From Promethearchaeota archaeon (lineage in GTDB: Archaea > Asgardarchaeota > Lokiarchaeia > Sigyniarchaeales > SOKP01): a stretch of DNA of 39,172 nucleotides. Position 1 is the stretch's first letter. Every line of letters begins with the position of its first letter. The DNA lies in the NCBI GenBank assembly GCA_013375475.1, contig JABXKD010000033.1:1-39172 (forward strand), given 5' to 3'. Below are positions 37,570 through 39,172 of this stretch, one piece after another. A program made the position numbers and the translations under genes. The notes beneath the pieces are model-generated. The model did no database searches. It saw only the letters and a program-made list of their open reading frames with translations, and was not told the DNA's origin.

Positions 37570-38007
37570 ATGTCTGAAGGTATGAAACCAAAAGTAGGAA
37601 TAACTCTGGAAAGTGAAATGGTATTCAAGTGCGATCTTGGAGATATGAAAGTTAAAGATTGCTATATTGATGATACTCATAAAGATGAAGTAGATATGCT
37701 CGGACCGAATCCCTCTAGGATGTTAGGATTAGCATTATTAGGTTGCTTAAGCGCTAGTTTTATCTTTTGTTTGAAAAAGAAAAATCTTAATCTAGATAAT
37801 TTAAGCGCTGAGGCAGAATTAACAATAGCTCGCAATGAAAAAGGATTTTGGAGAGTAATGAAAGTGGATGTTGATATTAATATTAAGATTAGTGATCCAG
37901 CTACTCGGAAAAGGGCAGATCAATGTAAAAAGATGTTCGAGCAATATTGTATTGTCACTCAAGCCGTAAGAGAAGGCATTGATGTTGAAGTCAATCTAAA
38001 TTATTAG
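37570..38007 (+). CDS. OsmC/Ohr family protein
   Basis: GPNPSRMLGLALLGCL and FEQYCIVT provide the two family Cys. Confidence 0.88.
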   Translation: MSEGMKPKVGITLESEMVFKCDLGDMKVKDCYIDDTHKDEVDMLGPNPSRMLGLALLGCLSASFIFCLKKKNLNLDNLSAEAELTIARNEKGFWRVMKVDVDINIKISDPATRKRADQCKKMFEQYCIVTQAVREGIDVEVNLNY

Positions 38008-38050
38008 TGTTTTTTAAACGATTTTTCATTTTTTGATTAAATGTTATAGT

Positions 38051-39049
38051 TTAATCTTTTATACCTTCTTCTGTTATTGTAAATACGGCTTCTGCCTCTG
38101 GTAAATGCGGCGCATCGATCATTTTCGCTACTCTCTGTTCACCCTTTCCTTTTCTAAGGTATATTCTTATAGTAGCACCATGAGCGATAATGTGACCGCC
38201 CGTTGCCACTGTTGGATTTCCATAGAATACGTCAGGTTTCGAAGAGACTTGGTTAGTAAACATTACTGCTAGCTCGTCAAAAATTTCTGTTAGTCGCAAT
38301 AAATCGTGAATATGACCATTAAGTAGTTGTTGTCTATTTGCTAAAGTGCCCCTTCCAATGTATTCGCTTCGAAAGTGCCCTATTATTGAATCCACAACCA
38401 CCAATTTAACGTTTTTTTCCTTTATTATTTTAGATGCTTCTTGAATTAATAGTACTTGATGATCGCTATTATACGCTCGCCCAACAACGATATTTTGCAA
38501 GGTTTTGTTATAGTCTAAATCCTTTGCTTCTGCCATTTGAATTATTCTCTCTGGTCTAAAAGTTGCTTCTGTATCAATGTAAAGAGCGTTACCTTCCAAA
38601 CCACCCTCTTCATAGGGTAATTGAACGTTAACGCAGAGTTGATGAGCAATTTGAGTCTTACCTGTTCTATATTCTCCGTAAAACTCAGTAACAGAACCGG
38701 GTTCAATACCCCCAGCTAATATTTCATCTAGGGTAGAGCTATTCGTTGTCAAGCGGTTCAGTTGTTTTCTTTTTTCCCAAATGATATCAGCGCTTTTAAA
38801 TCCCATATTTTCAATATCTTGTGCGGCTTTAATAATCTTTTGAGCAGTTTTTTCCCCGATTCCTGCTTCATCCATTAATTTAGTGATGGGATAAATAGCA
38901 AGAGTTCTGATTGATACAATTCCTGCTTCTTTCAATTTTTTAACCGTTGTATCTCCTACTCCTGGTAAATCCTTTAAATCATACACTACTTCGGTCTTTA
39001 TTGAATTTTTATTATTAATTTCCTCTGAATCCTCATTTTTTTTTGCCAA
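38051..39049 (-). CDS. radA: DNA repair and recombination protein RadA
   Basis: HhH LPGVG, Walker A GEYRTGKTQ, YIDTEATFRPER, Walker B VVVDS, FRSEYIGRGTLANRQQ, YLRKGKG. Confidence 0.97.
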   Translation of the reverse strand: MAKKNEDSEEINNKNSIKTEVVYDLKDLPGVGDTTVKKLKEAGIVSIRTLAIYPITKLMDEAGIGEKTAQKIIKAAQDIENMGFKSADIIWEKRKQLNRLTTNSSTLDEILAGGIEPGSVTEFYGEYRTGKTQIAHQLCVNVQLPYEEGGLEGNALYIDTEATFRPERIIQMAEAKDLDYNKTLQNIVVGRAYNSDHQVLLIQEASKIIKEKNVKLVVVDSIIGHFRSEYIGRGTLANRQQLLNGHIHDLLRLTEIFDELAVMFTNQVSSKPDVFYGNPTVATGGHIIAHGATIRIYLRKGKGEQRVAKMIDAPHLPEAEAVFTITEEGIKD

Positions 39050-39172
39050 AAAAGTTTACGCCAAATTAAAAAAAAATTAAATAAAAAATAGTTTCATCGA
39101 AATTAGATTTGTAATTTTTTTTTAAATTTTAAAATAATAAAAAAAAAATAAAAATTAAAGATTTACTAATTT

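Noticed and set aside
24168-39049. Inteins in atpA copies or radA (common insertion sites)
   Set aside because: The proteins are of normal length with continuous motifs.

Overview
AT-rich archaeal chromosomal segment, identified by an A/V-type ATPase, RadA, the tRNA-splicing endonuclease EndA and BRE/TATA-like promoters. Composition and gene content suggest an Asgard (Lokiarchaeia-like) genome, but this is inference. Left to right it carries: a truncated Fe-S protein with an alkyl-DHAP-synthase-like flavoprotein; an amino-sugar cluster (glmM, nagB, glmS, a GlmU-like acetyltransferase domain); a GH13 amylase; a 2-hydroxyacyl-CoA dehydratase-family cluster with a duplicated subunit; two VIT1/CCC1-like genes divergent from a DUF47 gene; an A/V-ATPase operon in the order K-C-H-F-E-A-B-D-I, followed by a membrane zinc-ribbon protein and a second A subunit; and endA, MEMO1, a coiled-coil protein, PfkB, a membrane hydrolase, OsmC and radA. 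Two signals stand out. (1) Four genes (atpC, atpE, atpD and one dehydratase paralog) have family-like N-terminal sequence upstream of their first ATG/GTG/TTG, closed by an in-frame stop, and appear to start at ACG or ATT behind Shine-Dalgarno motifs. (2) The second A subunit is intact but has the catalytic GERGNE motif changed to GEPGNE, so it may be a regulatory pseudo-ATPase. I saw no tRNA, rRNA, CRISPR array or mobile element. All alignments were done by eye and no searches were run.
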